From: Nostoc sp. DedSLP01
GTDB lineage: Bacteria > Cyanobacteriota > Cyanobacteriia > Cyanobacteriales > Nostocaceae
Direction of reading: 5' to 3'
Assembly: GCA_034530875.2 (NCBI GenBank)
Contig: JAVRCJ020000015.1
Location: forward strand, 80,744 to 144,743
Length of the DNA stretch: 64,000 nt
Made by a program: the position numbers and the translations under genes. Within the stretch, counting starts at the first letter, position 1, and the number at the start of each line of letters is the position of its first letter. Shown in pieces: positions 20,753 through 31,633 of this stretch. Under the pieces are notes generated by a model. The model made no database searches, was not told the origin of the DNA, and saw nothing but the letters and a program-made list of their open reading frames with translations.

Positions 20753-20846
20753 CTAAACCTTGATTTGCCATCTAAGGGCTAGAATCAATTATATAAAAAT
20801 ATGGATATATTTTATATATCCATTCTGTACAAAACTCAAAAATTGC

Positions 20847-22232
20847 TTATCGAACTTTTTGCCAAGCTGAGGTAGCAGTTCTAGTTCCTGGTACTAATTC
20901 TATTAACCCCCTATCTCTAAGTCTATAAAAGGCTGCTTTGATAGTACTTTCAGAGGCTACACCTGTAATTTCTCTTGCAATTTTGTTAGTTATAGTATTG
21001 TTTTCAGATAAGTATTGCATGATTGCTGATTCAATCGAAGCAAGAGGTTCATGTTTAATATAAACTATAACTGAATTTTCCAATTCTTTAATAATAGGAG
21101 GCTTAAGCCTCAGACGACTCATAGCTTCAAAAGCTGTGTTTAGACCCTCACCCACGTCTTTATTAGGTGCATTGGGAAATTTGTTGATAAGGCGTACTAT
21201 CGTACCGTTCCTTGCATACTGCTCTCTCAAAATATTGGTTATTGTGATGTGTCCAGGCAATCTACCTGGGCTTTCAATTTCCACACGATTATCAAAGATG
21301 CGAATTTGTACATCTTTCAAAATACTATAGTCTCTATGTAATACTGCATTCGTAATGATTTCGTGCAGCGTTTCTTCAGGATATTCTATCTGTTCTAATC
21401 TTCCGTCATCAAGTTTGGGGATTTCTTCAATTATCTCCTTAGTCTTTTGTACAGCCTCAGAAATTTGATTATATAACCAGCCTTCAATAGTTATTGGATC
21501 GAATGCAAGATTTTCTCTTCGACCTTCTTCATCAGATGTTTTGTACCTATAGATTTTCACACCACATCTTTTTGGAAGTAAAGCCTGTGGTTCTTCAGAG
21601 AAAATAAGAATACCAGCAACAGTTGGTTTTCCATTAATAATCAACTGTTGCTTTTTTAACCACTGTTCTGGCTCTCCTGTTGGTATAATCTGAAGCATAA
21701 AATCAATAATAGGAATAGAGTTAGTAATAATTTCTATATCAGCATTAACTGTGGATTTTTCAAAGGACTCTATACCTTTATCAAGTCTCAGGCGTGCAAG
21801 CTTCTCCTCTGTATCCTGCGGTAAATTTTGTGCCCCACGTCGGATATAAGGAACGCCATCCGAAGCATTAACAATCTCTCGGCTCTTATGAATGACTACT
21901 TGAAGCACTAGACCACTACAACCATCACAAAATAAGAAAATATAGCTATAGTATTGACCTAAAGGGAATAGTTCTTCAAAAACTTGTAAATGTGCATTTG
22001 CATTTTCTTGATCTGCAAAGCCACGCCAAGTTCGATGCTTTACGCCATCAATTTTATCCTCATCAATTCCAATGTAAAGCTCCCCGCCACTAGTGTTGGC
22101 AAATGCGGATATAGAGCGAGTTAGCTTAGCTGGCTTTATATCTATCGACTTCAAGTCCAGAAAGTGACTTTCCTCAAATGACAAAATTTGATCGAGCTGC
22201 TCAGGTGTAATTTTTTCGACTTGAATTGGCAT
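20847..22232 (-). CDS. Schlafen/AlbA_2 domain + HATPase_c_4 (RecG C-terminal-like) + wHTH protein
   Basis: ESHFLDLK, ISAFANTSGGELYIGIDE, EIITNAVLHRDY, RVEIESPGRL, RN..I, C-terminal winged helix. Confidence 0.85.
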   Translation of the reverse strand: MPIQVEKITPEQLDQILSFEESHFLDLKSIDIKPAKLTRSISAFANTSGGELYIGIDEDKIDGVKHRTWRGFADQENANAHLQVFEELFPLGQYYSYIFLFCDGCSGLVLQVVIHKSREIVNASDGVPYIRRGAQNLPQDTEEKLARLRLDKGIESFEKSTVNADIEIITNSIPIIDFMLQIIPTGEPEQWLKKQQLIINGKPTVAGILIFSEEPQALLPKRCGVKIYRYKTSDEEGRRENLAFDPITIEGWLYNQISEAVQKTKEIIEEIPKLDDGRLEQIEYPEETLHEIITNAVLHRDYSILKDVQIRIFDNRVEIESPGRLPGHITITNILREQYARNGTIVRLINKFPNAPNKDVGEGLNTAFEAMSRLRLKPPIIKELENSVIVYIKHEPLASIESAIMQYLSENNTITNKIAREITGVASESTIKAAFYRLRDRGLIELVPGTRTATSAWQKVR

Positions 22233-22303
22233 AAGAATATTCTTGCATTTTCTATAGTTTTAAAGCTTTTTTTAAAAGTTACAAAAGGTATTTATAATTC
22301 ATC

Positions 22304-22659
22304 TCACAAAGGCAGCTTTGCAATCCGATCGCTCCACTCCTCGGCACTGGATATAGCCCAAATCATCACCAGTTCTTCGATAACGACTTCAACTGGTAGC
22401 CTTTGGGAAACAATGATAACTCCTGTACTATGATTGCTGGTGATGAACTGGGCAAATTCTAATGGCATTGTTTTACGGTCGTGGCTGACAAGAATACGTC
22501 CCTGCTGTGCTGCGATCGCCAATACCTCAGAGTCTTTTCTTTTACACCTTCTAATCCAGCAGCCAAGGCGGTTTGGAAGTCAATGCTGGGTTCTCGTCGC
22601 AAAACTCCTGTGACGATCGCCTGATTCAAATCAGCATCGGCTTGGTAGCTAATATTCAC
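22304..22659 (-). pseudogene. DUF5615 PIN-like toxin, frameshifted
   Basis: N-half (YQADADLNQAIV..GLEGVK) and C-half (DSEVLAIAAQQGRILVSHDRKTM) are in different frames because of a CTTTT duplication near 22534-22543. Confidence 0.8.
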
Positions 22660-22985
22660 GATTCTACTTGCTGTCTTGCTGTCTTAGCTGCCATCAGCTT
22701 GTTATACAAAGCAGGATCGGTGGTTTCTAGTGGTTGAGGCATAGTATCAAATGCTGCTTCCTCAGCTTCTAAATAAGTATCAATGTCAGCACGATTGGCT
22801 AGATAAAACGCGATCGCTCCATAAACTTGTTCAAGTGTCAGCAACGGAAAAGAATGAACAATGCTTTCAGGTGATAATCCTTTTCGGAAAGCATAAACAA
22901 TCGAGTCCAAAGAAATCCGAGTTCCCGCAACCCAATAAGCATCTTGACGATATTCTACGTAAGACTTAGCTGTTACAACTGGCAT
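22656..22985 (-). CDS. DUF433 antitoxin-like protein
   Basis: VAGTRISLDSIV..G.SPESIV..FP.LTLEQVYGAIAFY; GTGA overlap with the PIN gene. Confidence 0.88.
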   Translation of the reverse strand: MPVVTAKSYVEYRQDAYWVAGTRISLDSIVYAFRKGLSPESIVHSFPLLTLEQVYGAIAFYLANRADIDTYLEAEEAAFDTMPQPLETTDPALYNKLMAAKTARQQVES

Positions 22986-23012
22986 AGATTTATTTTGTCT
23001 CTACTTATAAAT

Positions 23013-26000
23013 TTAAACAACAGCTGCCTCTGGAATTGCACCTTGCATTTTTGCGAAAGCATCAATCAAACTTTGCAATTGTTGGTCGGCTTTGAAAACT
23101 CCTAAACCGCGCACTGTGACTTTTCCAGGAGAATAGACAAAACGGGTTTTGAGATTGTCTGGTAAATTCGCCGCTAACAAATTCCAAGCTGGTTCTTCCA
23201 TTGGTGTTTCTAAAACAACGTGCTGTTTGTTTTCTGGTTTAATCCTACTAAATCCAAGTTTTTTCGCTAACTGTTTGAGTTCCATAACTCGCAATAGTTG
23301 ATTGGCTGGGACTGGCAAAGTACCATAACGATCGCTCCATTCAGCTGCAATCTGTTTTAATTCTCCTTTGGATTTCGCTGTCGCCACCGCCCGGTAAGCA
23401 CTCATCTTTTGATCTAAATCGGTAATATAATCTGCGGGAATAAATGCCGTCAGGTTGAGGTCAATCTGGGTATCCTCCACTTGGGGAATTTCTTGGCCGC
23501 GAATTTCTCGAATTGCTTCTTCGAGCATTTCCATGTATAAATCAAAACCGATGGCATCCATTTGACCGGATTGTTCTGCACCCAGTAAGTTACCAACCCC
23601 GCGAATTTCCATATCGCGCATTGCTAATTGATACCCAGAACCGAGTTGAGTAAATTCTTGAATTGCTCGTAACCGTTGCCGCGCTGCATCAGATAGCGTC
23701 CTTTGCTTGGGATAAAATAGCCAAGCATGAGCTTGGATACCTGCACGACCGACACGACCGCGTAATTGATACAACTGAGCCAAGCCAAAGCGATGAGCGT
23801 CTTCAATTAAAATGGTGTTGACTCGCGGAATATCTAAGCCAGATTCGATAATTGTCGTACAAACGAGAATATCTGCTTCACCGTTGCTGAAGGTGAGCAT
23901 GGTTGATTCTAACTCGCTTTCATCCATTTGACCGTGAGCGATCGCAAATCTACCCCCTGGTATCATTTCTCGCAAGCTTGCGGTTGTCTCTTCAATGCCT
24001 TCAACTCGTGGAACTACATAAAATACTTGTCCACCTCGGTCTAATTCTTGACGTATGGCACTACGCACGCTTTCTGAATTTAGCGGTGCAAGGTGAGTTT
24101 TAATCGGGCGTCGAGTTGGAGGTGGTGTAGTAATTAAACTCATTTCCCGAATTCCCGACAAAGACATATACAGGGTACGGGGAATGGGAGTAGCAGAGAG
24201 AGTCAGCACATCAACTTGAGTTTTCAAGCTTTTAATTTTCTCTTTTTGGTTCACTCCAAAACGCTGTTCTTCATCCACCACCAACAGTCCTAAATCTTTG
24301 AATGATACGCCTTTGCCTAAGAGTTGGTGTGTACCAACTACTACATCGAGTTCGCCCGTTGCCAATCGCTTTTGAATATCGCGGCGTTCTTCAGCGGAAC
24401 GAAAGCGGTTGAGTAAGCCGACATTCACGGGGTACGGAGCAAAACGTTCTTTGAGTGTATGGTAGTGCTGCTGAGTTAAAATAGTAGTTGGCGCAAGGAG
24501 TGCCACTTGTTTACCGGCGGTGACTGCTTTAAAAACAGCACGAATCGCCACTTCCGTTTTTCCAAAACCGACATCGCCACAAACTAAGCGATCCATTGGT
24601 CGATCGCTTTCCATGTCGCGTTTGACATCTTGTACGGCTTTTAGCTGATCTGTTGTAGGTTGGTAAGGGAAAGAATCTTCCATTTCCTCTTGCCAAGGCA
24701 TATCGCTGGGGAAACTAAAACCTTGTTGTTGCGATCGCGCTGCATATAATTTCAGCAAGTCCACCGCCAATTTCTTAATCGCTTTGCGGACTTTGTTCTT
24801 GGTATTCTCCCAAGCCTTACCAGTCATCTTGTTGAGTTCTGGTGCCTTATCTCCTGCGGCACGGAACCGAGATAAAGCACCTAATTGGTCGGCTGCAACT
24901 CTCAGTAAACCGTCGGCATATTGCACCACCAAATAATCACGAGTTTCATCATTAATCGTTAAGCTTTCCAGCTTGACAAATTTGCCAACACCATGATTTC
25001 TGTGAACTACATAATCCCCTGGACGCAGCTTATTGGGATCGACTTGTTTAGAAGTTGCTTTGTGGCGTTTGCGAATAAAACCGGGAGTTGCTAAAGAATG
25101 CTGACCATAAAATTCCCGGTCAGTGACAACTACTAGCCGATAAGTAGGCAGAATAAAACCTTCGAGTTCCGCCAAGCCAGAATATTTGAGTGCGACTGGA
25201 GTGTGGTTGATTTGTAGCTTATCAATCGCTAGGTAATCGCGGGGATTGGGGATAAATTGCGCCGGACAATCGTGTTCTTGCAACAGCGACACAGAACGCG
25301 AAGGTTGAGCCGAAATCAGCCAAATCGAGAAATTGCGATCGCGTTCTTGGCGAATAGTGTCAGCTAATTTAGCAAACTGATGTGGCGTAACCGGAACGCT
25401 TCTACTCGCAAGATTAATTCCATCATTTTCTTCCGACAGTTCCGATAAATAAAGTGTTTGAAACCTCGCAACATCAGCCAAACAATCATCAAACGACCGA
25501 TGAATCTTCGGTAATTTTGGGGGAGTGGGGAGTGGGGAGTGGGGAGTAGATTGTTCGCTATTCCCTATTCCCCATTCCCTATTCCCCATTCCCCATTGTT
25601 CTTCCGCATTTTCTACCCAGCGATCGCTATGAGCGTGACACTGTTCTGGTTCATCAATGGCAATCAAGGTGTTTTCTGGTAAGTACTCTAGCACCGATGC
25701 TGGTTGCTCGAACGCCAAACCCAAAAAACGGCGGCTACCTTCAATCAGTCCTGAGTTTCCATTGTCGAGTGCTGAGTCAGAATTTAACTGGGCACTCAGT
25801 ACTCTAAACTCAGGACTATCCTTGAGTGGTGCCATGATGATGGGAGCAAAGCTAGTCGGCGTGAGAATTAACTGCTCAACTTTGTCAAGGGCAGAACGTT
25901 GAGTTGCTGGATCGAATTCCCGTATTTGTTCGATTTCGTCGCCAAACCATTCTAGCCTGACTGGTAACTCCGAGGAAACCGGAAACACATCAACAATATC

Positions 26001-26582
26001 GCCACGCCGACTCCATTGCCCTTCGGTTTCCACCAGAGGTACTCGTTCGTAACCTAAAAGAGTGACTTTTTCACTAAAAGCATTGAGATCTATCTCCATC
26101 CCTCGCTTTAGCGTCAAGCAAAATTCTTGAAAAGCCTCTGGCGGTGGCAAATGTGGTTGCAGTGCCCCTTGAGTGGCCACAACCGCTATATTTGTCCTTT
26201 GGTTTGTTTCTAATGACGAATGACTAATGACTAATGACTCTTGACTTTTGACCAAATCCGCCAAAACCTGCATTTGCCCCCAACTCATTTCAGTTTCAGG
26301 GTCAAAAGGTTCGTAAGGAGAAGCTTCAGAAGTGGGGTAAAAATGTACTGTTTGCCATCCCATTGCCTCTAGTTGTGCGTAAACGCGCCCGGCTTCTTCC
26401 AGAGTGGCGCATACCACGAACAAATTTCTGCCTTGAGTTTGCGCCAATGCTGAAGCTACCAAACCCTTCGGCAGACGGGGAATGCCATTTAAGCGCAATT
26501 CTTGTTGGCGATTTAACTTAGAAATAAATTCAGTAGTGAGTGGCGATCGCCCTAAGGCACGCACAATAGAAGAAAATGACAT
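23013..26582 (-). CDS. mfd: Transcription-repair coupling factor
   Basis: [38 protein letters not shown]-terminus; start MSFSSIV at 26582. Confidence 0.97.
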   Translation of the reverse strand: MSFSSIVRALGRSPLTTEFISKLNRQQELRLNGIPRLPKGLVASALAQTQGRNLFVVCATLEEAGRVYAQLEAMGWQTVHFYPTSEASPYEPFDPETEMSWGQMQVLADLVKSQESLVISHSSLETNQRTNIAVVATQGALQPHLPPPEAFQEFCLTLKRGMEIDLNAFSEKVTLLGYERVPLVETEGQWSRRGDIVDVFPVSSELPVRLEWFGDEIEQIREFDPATQRSALDKVEQLILTPTSFAPIIMAPLKDSPEFRVLSAQLNSDSALDNGNSGLIEGSRRFLGLAFEQPASVLEYLPENTLIAIDEPEQCHAHSDRWVENAEEQWGMGNREWGIGNSEQSTPHSPLPTPPKLPKIHRSFDDCLADVARFQTLYLSELSEENDGINLASRSVPVTPHQFAKLADTIRQERDRNFSIWLISAQPSRSVSLLQEHDCPAQFIPNPRDYLAIDKLQINHTPVALKYSGLAELEGFILPTYRLVVVTDREFYGQHSLATPGFIRKRHKATSKQVDPNKLRPGDYVVHRNHGVGKFVKLESLTINDETRDYLVVQYADGLLRVAADQLGALSRFRAAGDKAPELNKMTGKAWENTKNKVRKAIKKLAVDLLKLYAARSQQQGFSFPSDMPWQEEMEDSFPYQPTTDQLKAVQDVKRDMESDRPMDRLVCGDVGFGKTEVAIRAVFKAVTAGKQVALLAPTTILTQQHYHTLKERFAPYPVNVGLLNRFRSAEERRDIQKRLATGELDVVVGTHQLLGKGVSFKDLGLLVVDEEQRFGVNQKEKIKSLKTQVDVLTLSATPIPRTLYMSLSGIREMSLITTPPPTRRPIKTHLAPLNSESVRSAIRQELDRGGQVFYVVPRVEGIEETTASLREMIPGGRFAIAHGQMDESELESTMLTFSNGEADILVCTTIIESGLDIPRVNTILIEDAHRFGLAQLYQLRGRVGRAGIQAHAWLFYPKQRTLSDAARQRLRAIQEFTQLGSGYQLAMRDMEIRGVGNLLGAEQSGQMDAIGFDLYMEMLEEAIREIRGQEIPQVEDTQIDLNLTAFIPADYITDLDQKMSAYRAVATAKSKGELKQIAAEWSDRYGTLPVPANQLLRVMELKQLAKKLGFSRIKPENKQHVVLETPMEEPAWNLLAANLPDNLKTRFVYSPGKVTVRGLGVFKADQQLQSLIDAFAKMQGAIPEAAVV

Positions 26583-26825
26583 AAGTTCTACTAGCAATGG
26601 AAGTCTTAGCGCTTGTCGATCATCTTTGGGCAGTTTATGTCCACCATTTTAAAAGTGTTAACAGCCCTCTAATTCATTCTCAGGAAGAATAATGTACAAC
26701 GACATCATAAAATCAACAACTCATAACTATTACTTTCTGTATAGTTAAACAATTTATCGCAGCACCTTTAATACTAGATACTAAGGATTGAGCTACGTTC
26801 GCTCTGATAAGCGGCAATTTTAAAC

Positions 26826-28157
26826 ATGTCCTCCATCACTTTTGAAATTTTAATCATCTTGGTGCTAATTATTGCCAACGGCATATTTTCAATGTCTGAG
26901 ATGGCAATTGTCTCAGCGCGGAAAGTCAGACTACAGCAGCTTGCCAATCAAGGGGATGCTAAGGCAAGGGTAGCACTCAAACTCGCGGAGTCTCCAAATA
27001 ATTTCCTGTCAACCATTCAAGTAGGTATTTCTCTCATCGGTATTCTGACTGGTGCTTTTGGAGGAGCAACAATTGCTAACCGACTGGCAGTCTATGTGCG
27101 GCTTGTCCCAGTATTAGCACCTTATAGCGAACCCGTATCTTTCGGAATCGTGGTGTTAATTATTACTTATTTGTCATTGATTATCGGCGAATTAGTGCCA
27201 AAGCGTTTGGCATTAAATAACCCAGAAGGCATTGCAGCATTTGTAGCTATTCCCATGCGTGCTTTGTCGGCGATCGCTTCTCCAATGGTACATCTTTTAA
27301 GCGCTTCCACAGATATGGTTTTGCGTGTTTTAGGGGTTACCCAATCAACCGAACCGCAAGTCACTGAAGAAGAAATTAAAATCTTAATCGAACAAGGTAC
27401 GGAAGCGGGAACCTTTGAAGAAGCCGAACAGGATATGGTAGAGCGAGTTTTTCGTTTAGGCGATCGTCCTGTAAGCTACTTAATGACACCACGCCCCGAT
27501 ATCGTCTGGCTAGATTTAGATGATAGCGCTGAAGAAAATCGTCAAAAAATGGTTGAAAGTGCTTACTCTCGCTATCCAGTTTGTCAAGGAGGACTTGACA
27601 ATGTACTGGGTGTGATGCCAGTTACCGACTTATTAGCTAGAAGTTTCCGAGGCGAACAGCTAGATTTAACAGTGGGATTACGACAACCAGTCTTTGTACC
27701 AGAAAGCACCCGTGGCTTGAAAGTTTTGGAATTATTTAAGCAAACTGTCACTCATATAGCCTTGGTAGTTGATGAATACGGCGTTATTCAAGGATTAGTC
27801 ACTCTCAACGATATTATGAGCGAAATCGTGGGCGATGTTCCTTCTATGGATGGGCAAGATGAACCGCAAGCCGTGCAACGGGAAGATGGTTCCTGGCTTT
27901 TGGATGGAATGTTACCCGTGGAAGAGTTTTTAGAACTTTTCGGTATGGAAGAGTGGGAATCTGAAGAACGTGGTAGCTATCAAACCTTAGGCGGTTTTGT
28001 CATCACTCATTTAGGCCGTATCCCCGCAGCAGCAGATCATTTTGAATGGGAAGGTATGCGAATTGAAGTCATGGATATGGATGGTAACCGCGTTGATAAA
28101 GTCCTAGTTGTGCCAAAGGCAAATAAATCAGCAGATACTACAACGACATCTGATTAG
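26826..28157 (+). CDS. Hemolysin-family CNNM/CBS/CorC protein
   Basis: FSMSEMA, GELVPK, MTPR, VVDEYG, TLGGF motifs. Confidence 0.93.
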   Translation: MSSITFEILIILVLIIANGIFSMSEMAIVSARKVRLQQLANQGDAKARVALKLAESPNNFLSTIQVGISLIGILTGAFGGATIANRLAVYVRLVPVLAPYSEPVSFGIVVLIITYLSLIIGELVPKRLALNNPEGIAAFVAIPMRALSAIASPMVHLLSASTDMVLRVLGVTQSTEPQVTEEEIKILIEQGTEAGTFEEAEQDMVERVFRLGDRPVSYLMTPRPDIVWLDLDDSAEENRQKMVESAYSRYPVCQGGLDNVLGVMPVTDLLARSFRGEQLDLTVGLRQPVFVPESTRGLKVLELFKQTVTHIALVVDEYGVIQGLVTLNDIMSEIVGDVPSMDGQDEPQAVQREDGSWLLDGMLPVEEFLELFGMEEWESEERGSYQTLGGFVITHLGRIPAAADHFEWEGMRIEVMDMDGNRVDKVLVVPKANKSADTTTTSD

Positions 28158-28316
28158 TATTGGGCATGGGGCATTGGGCATTGGGCATTGAGAATGGGGC
28201 ATGAGGCCGGAGGACAATGAAAAATTACCTCTTCTTCCTCTGTTCCTTGTCTCCCCATCCCCTCATCCCCTCATCTCCCCATCTCCCCATCCCCTCATCT
28301 CCCGACTCTCCCATGC

Positions 28317-29516
28317 TTACTGTTGAGATAAGCGTTTTACTTCTTCACCTGCTAACAATTGATGTGCTTTTTGGAGAATTTGCGGAATTTTTTCAGCGTG
28401 AGGACTGCGGGCGAGACATTGGCGCAAGTCTAATTCGTTTAATCGATCGCCCTTATTACCAGGAAACCAATGGCCACCATTACCAAGCAGGTTATAGCGC
28501 ATTTTGGCATACTCTACCAAATCGTAAGCGGCCGCTAAATTCCACAACCACAAAATCACCCGAATATTGACTTCACCAGGCGTTTCCTCCACCTTGGGTA
28601 AATTATGTTCCCAAGTTTTTACCCAATCTTCTCCCAAAGTGGCGATCGCTTCTGCTTCTAACCGTGCCAAAATTGGCGGCAGAATTTCTGATGCTTTATC
28701 TACTAAGTCTAAAGTCTTGAGATGTTCGTCAAAATCTTCTGGTTTTGCTGCACCCAAACTCAACGTATGTACTTCTGGGTGGCTCAAACAAAACAGATCG
28801 TTAAATACTATTGGGCTTAAAGGAGTGCAAAGATTAACTAATTTTTGCGGTGGTTGATACAACAAACCTCCTTTATTTGATGGGCTAATAATAAATACTC
28901 CCATATCGTGACGTTTAGCTGCTTCAATTGCTGCCCAATTCCATTGATTAATGTAGTACCAGTGCAAGTTTACATAATCAAATTGATTGGTATTAATTGT
29001 TTGCACAATTACATCTGTTGGGCCATGTGTAGAAAAGCCAACAAACCTCACTTTTCCCTCTGCTTGCAACTGACGCACCACATCCAAACAGCCACCAGGA
29101 CGAATGCTGAAGTCCAACAACTCAGGAGTATTAATGCCGTGCAAACCTAAAAGGTCAACATAATCTAGTTGGAGATATTGTAAGGATTTATCAAAAGTCT
29201 TGCGGAATTCTTTTGCATCTTCGTTGGGATTGATTTTAGTTTGAACAATCAACTTTTCGCGGGGAAACTTAGGTAATATTTTCCCCAATTGCATTTCAGA
29301 AGTGCCATAACCACGGGCTGTTTCAATGTGATTAATGCCAACTTCCACAGCTTTTTTGATAGTCGCTTCCAAATTAGCCTGCTTATCGGCAGGAATTTCT
29401 GACTCAGGAACATCTTGCCATTTGAACTGATATCTCATGCCGCCGCAGGAAAACACTGGCATTTGTAGTTCTGTGCGTCCAAATCTTCTGTATAGCATTA
29501 GTGGATTGTTTAACAT
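28317..29516 (-). CDS. Aldo/keto reductase family protein
   Basis: YRRFGRTEL, GINHIETARGYG, DYVDLLGLHG, GFSTHG. Confidence 0.9.
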   Translation of the reverse strand: MLNNPLMLYRRFGRTELQMPVFSCGGMRYQFKWQDVPESEIPADKQANLEATIKKAVEVGINHIETARGYGTSEMQLGKILPKFPREKLIVQTKINPNEDAKEFRKTFDKSLQYLQLDYVDLLGLHGINTPELLDFSIRPGGCLDVVRQLQAEGKVRFVGFSTHGPTDVIVQTINTNQFDYVNLHWYYINQWNWAAIEAAKRHDMGVFIISPSNKGGLLYQPPQKLVNLCTPLSPIVFNDLFCLSHPEVHTLSLGAAKPEDFDEHLKTLDLVDKASEILPPILARLEAEAIATLGEDWVKTWEHNLPKVEETPGEVNIRVILWLWNLAAAYDLVEYAKMRYNLLGNGGHWFPGNKGDRLNELDLRQCLARSPHAEKIPQILQKAHQLLAGEEVKRLSQQ

Positions 29517-29532
29517 TTCCCCTTTTTTAAGG

Positions 29533-29639
29533 GCAGGGCTGTTTCATTTTCCAAAGAGCTTTAAAAATCAAGAGTTTTAGCAATTAAAAATTGGTTATTT
29601 TGTTACCACGTGGCGAAAAATGGAGTGAAACAGCCCTGC
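29533..29639. mobile_element. MITE-like element
   Basis: 14-bp terminal inverted repeats GCAGGGCTGTTTCA / TGAAACAGCCCTGC; no ORF. Confidence 0.7.
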
Positions 29640-29650
29640 TTAAGACTAAA

Positions 29651-30868
29651 TTAAGACATCTTGGTTTTATCCTTATGCAGCAAAGTAACGCTCACAGTGG
29701 CAAGAAGCGCTAAGAAGCTTAATGTAGAAGTATATTCAGGAACAGATTTTGGATTCTCGATTTTGAGAACTTGTCCAAGCCCTGGGCGATCGCCTCGGTT
29801 TGTGACGTAAATAGCACCATCAGCACCAATAGTCAAAGCAGTAGCCGACTCTAATCCATTACCACTAAGGATAGTTGTACGAGTGCCATCAGTTGCTATT
29901 TTAATTAGCGAACCATCTAGATTACCTTTCCAGAGTGACTGATTAGCGTACTGCAAAGCATACAAATTACCCTCATTATCAAAAGCTAAGTCAGTAAGTT
30001 GAGTAAAGCCATCGGCATAGACTGTTGGTTGACCATCAGAACCAACGCGGTAGATTTTTGCTTCACCTTCAGGAAAAGGAAAACCAGTTAATTGGCTAAT
30101 ATAGTAAGCACCATCGAGTCCTAATGCGACATTTGTAGGTACTGCTTGGATTTCAAATGGTGATGGCGATGGGCCAGAGGGGAAGACTGGATTAGTTAAT
30201 GTCTGGCGCTTAATTGTAGCGATCGCGTTTAAATTACTTCCGTCAGTATTTACGCTTAGTAACTCATTCGCACCCGCATCAACTGCAACAACTTTATTTC
30301 CGTTTAGAAGCAGAGAAAAAGGATTGCTGATGACATCACCTTTATCTGGATTATTTGCAAGTTCATAATTAGCTAAATCAGCTACACTAGTCCAGGAATT
30401 TGTATTAAAATCAGCAGCAATGATTTTTCCTAAATCAGTATTACCCAATGTGGAACGAAATATGGGATTTGAACCATACCCAATCGCAATATAAGGCTTG
30501 CCATTAGCATCAAATGCGATATCTTGAGGCCCAGAAGTATCAGTCCCATTTGATAGTGCTAAAGAAGGAAGTCCTGTAAGTATGCGTTTTTGAGTACCAT
30601 TTCCAATTTTTGTCACTGCACCAGTTGTGCCATAACATAAAGATTGGTTTTCAACGCTCGGTGAAGGAACACAAGCTCCACTTCCCCCTGTTCCTGCTTC
30701 TGTGACGTACAGACTCCCGTCAGTACCAAAAGCTAGACCCCTTGGATTATCAAGACCATCGGCAATTACCGAAAACGATGCTGCCTCTGCTGCTTTCGTT
30801 CCTGTAAAAGCAGCAATACAAACACTCAAAAATGTAATTCCAAATTGCTTTAGTTTCATTAGACCCAT
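29651..30868 (-). CDS. ScyD/ScyE-like beta-propeller protein with PEP-CTERM-like tail
   Basis: Signal peptide, GLDNPRGLAFG.DG.LYVTEAG, QAVPT..GLDGAYY, LTGFPF, C-terminal VPE plus TM and basic tail. Confidence 0.85.
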   Translation of the reverse strand: MGLMKLKQFGITFLSVCIAAFTGTKAAEAASFSVIADGLDNPRGLAFGTDGSLYVTEAGTGGSGACVPSPSVENQSLCYGTTGAVTKIGNGTQKRILTGLPSLALSNGTDTSGPQDIAFDANGKPYIAIGYGSNPIFRSTLGNTDLGKIIAADFNTNSWTSVADLANYELANNPDKGDVISNPFSLLLNGNKVVAVDAGANELLSVNTDGSNLNAIATIKRQTLTNPVFPSGPSPSPFEIQAVPTNVALGLDGAYYISQLTGFPFPEGEAKIYRVGSDGQPTVYADGFTQLTDLAFDNEGNLYALQYANQSLWKGNLDGSLIKIATDGTRTTILSGNGLESATALTIGADGAIYVTNRGDRPGLGQVLKIENPKSVPEYTSTLSFLALLATVSVTLLHKDKTKMS

Positions 30869-30961
30869 CCAAAAATTAGATTTAATCTTTGCAACATACC
30901 AATCGGCTGTAGGCGCGTACAGATATACATAACTATCAACTTAATATGAAAGCCGAGTCTA

Positions 30962-31140
30962 AGAGGTTGTTTGAATAGTCTAAATTATTACTCACCGGGT
31001 GATTGTAAATCGCGGCTATACAGACGAAACCCACCTGCGTGGGTTTCAAACCCTTAATTTTTCATGCTTTTTGCGCAGGCGGACGAAAGCCTGTGTAGTA
31101 GTGAATTATATATTTGCCCAATACTTTTCAAACATCCTCT
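30962..31140. mobile_element. MITE-like element
   Basis: TIRs AGAGGTTGTTTGAATAGT / ACTTTTCAAACATCCTCT; internal hairpin GAAACCCAC-CTGC-GTGGGTTTC. Confidence 0.75.
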
Positions 31141-31235
31141 AGGGACTGGCAAGACAAGGGAAACTAAAAAGATAATAACTCCTAACTGCTAATTTAGAAC
31201 TTTCAAACCAGAAGTTAAGAGACTTACCAAAAGCT

Positions 31236-31366
31236 TGCAATCGCATTGCATCTACCTGCAATCGCATTGCATCGACCTGCAATCGTATTGCATCGACCTG
31301 CAATCGCATTGCATCGACCTGCAATCGCATTGCATTGACCTGCAATCGCATTGCATCGACCTGCAA
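31236..31366. repeat. Tandem array of six 21-bp units, each with an internal palindrome
   Basis: Consensus TGCAATCGCATTGCATCGACC; TGCAAT-N3-ATTGCA in every unit; no spacers. Confidence 0.95.
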
Positions 31367-31633
31367 ACATTACAGCAGTCGTAGGGGCTTGACTGAATGT
31401 CACGCTTGTAAAGATGAAACGTCGTTAGGGTAGGGTGTAGTGGTTTAAGACAATTGAATTTAGTGCCTCAAACAAAACTGTCCTCCAATTTATTCCCTAC
31501 ACCCCACACCCCACACTCTACACCCTGCCTAAACCGATAACTTTGCGATCTACTGAAATTACCTTTTTCTTAACTTACTGTTATTTTTTTGTGGCTATGG
31601 GCACATTAAATATATAATTTCTACGGATATAAT

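Noticed and set aside
20847..22232. RecG helicase
   Set aside because: No SF2 helicase motifs; only the AlbA_2, HATPase_c_4-like and wHTH parts
22986..23012. attR copy of the tRNA-Val 3' end at the island border
   Set aside because: No match to the tRNA 3' sequence seen by eye here or elsewhere in the island
29651..30868. Scytonemin biosynthesis cluster
   Set aside because: A single ScyD/E-like PEP-CTERM gene with no scyABC or aromatic pathway genes nearby
31236..31366. CRISPR array (also 52888-53092)
   Set aside because: Units are directly adjacent with no unique spacers, and there are no cas genes in the window
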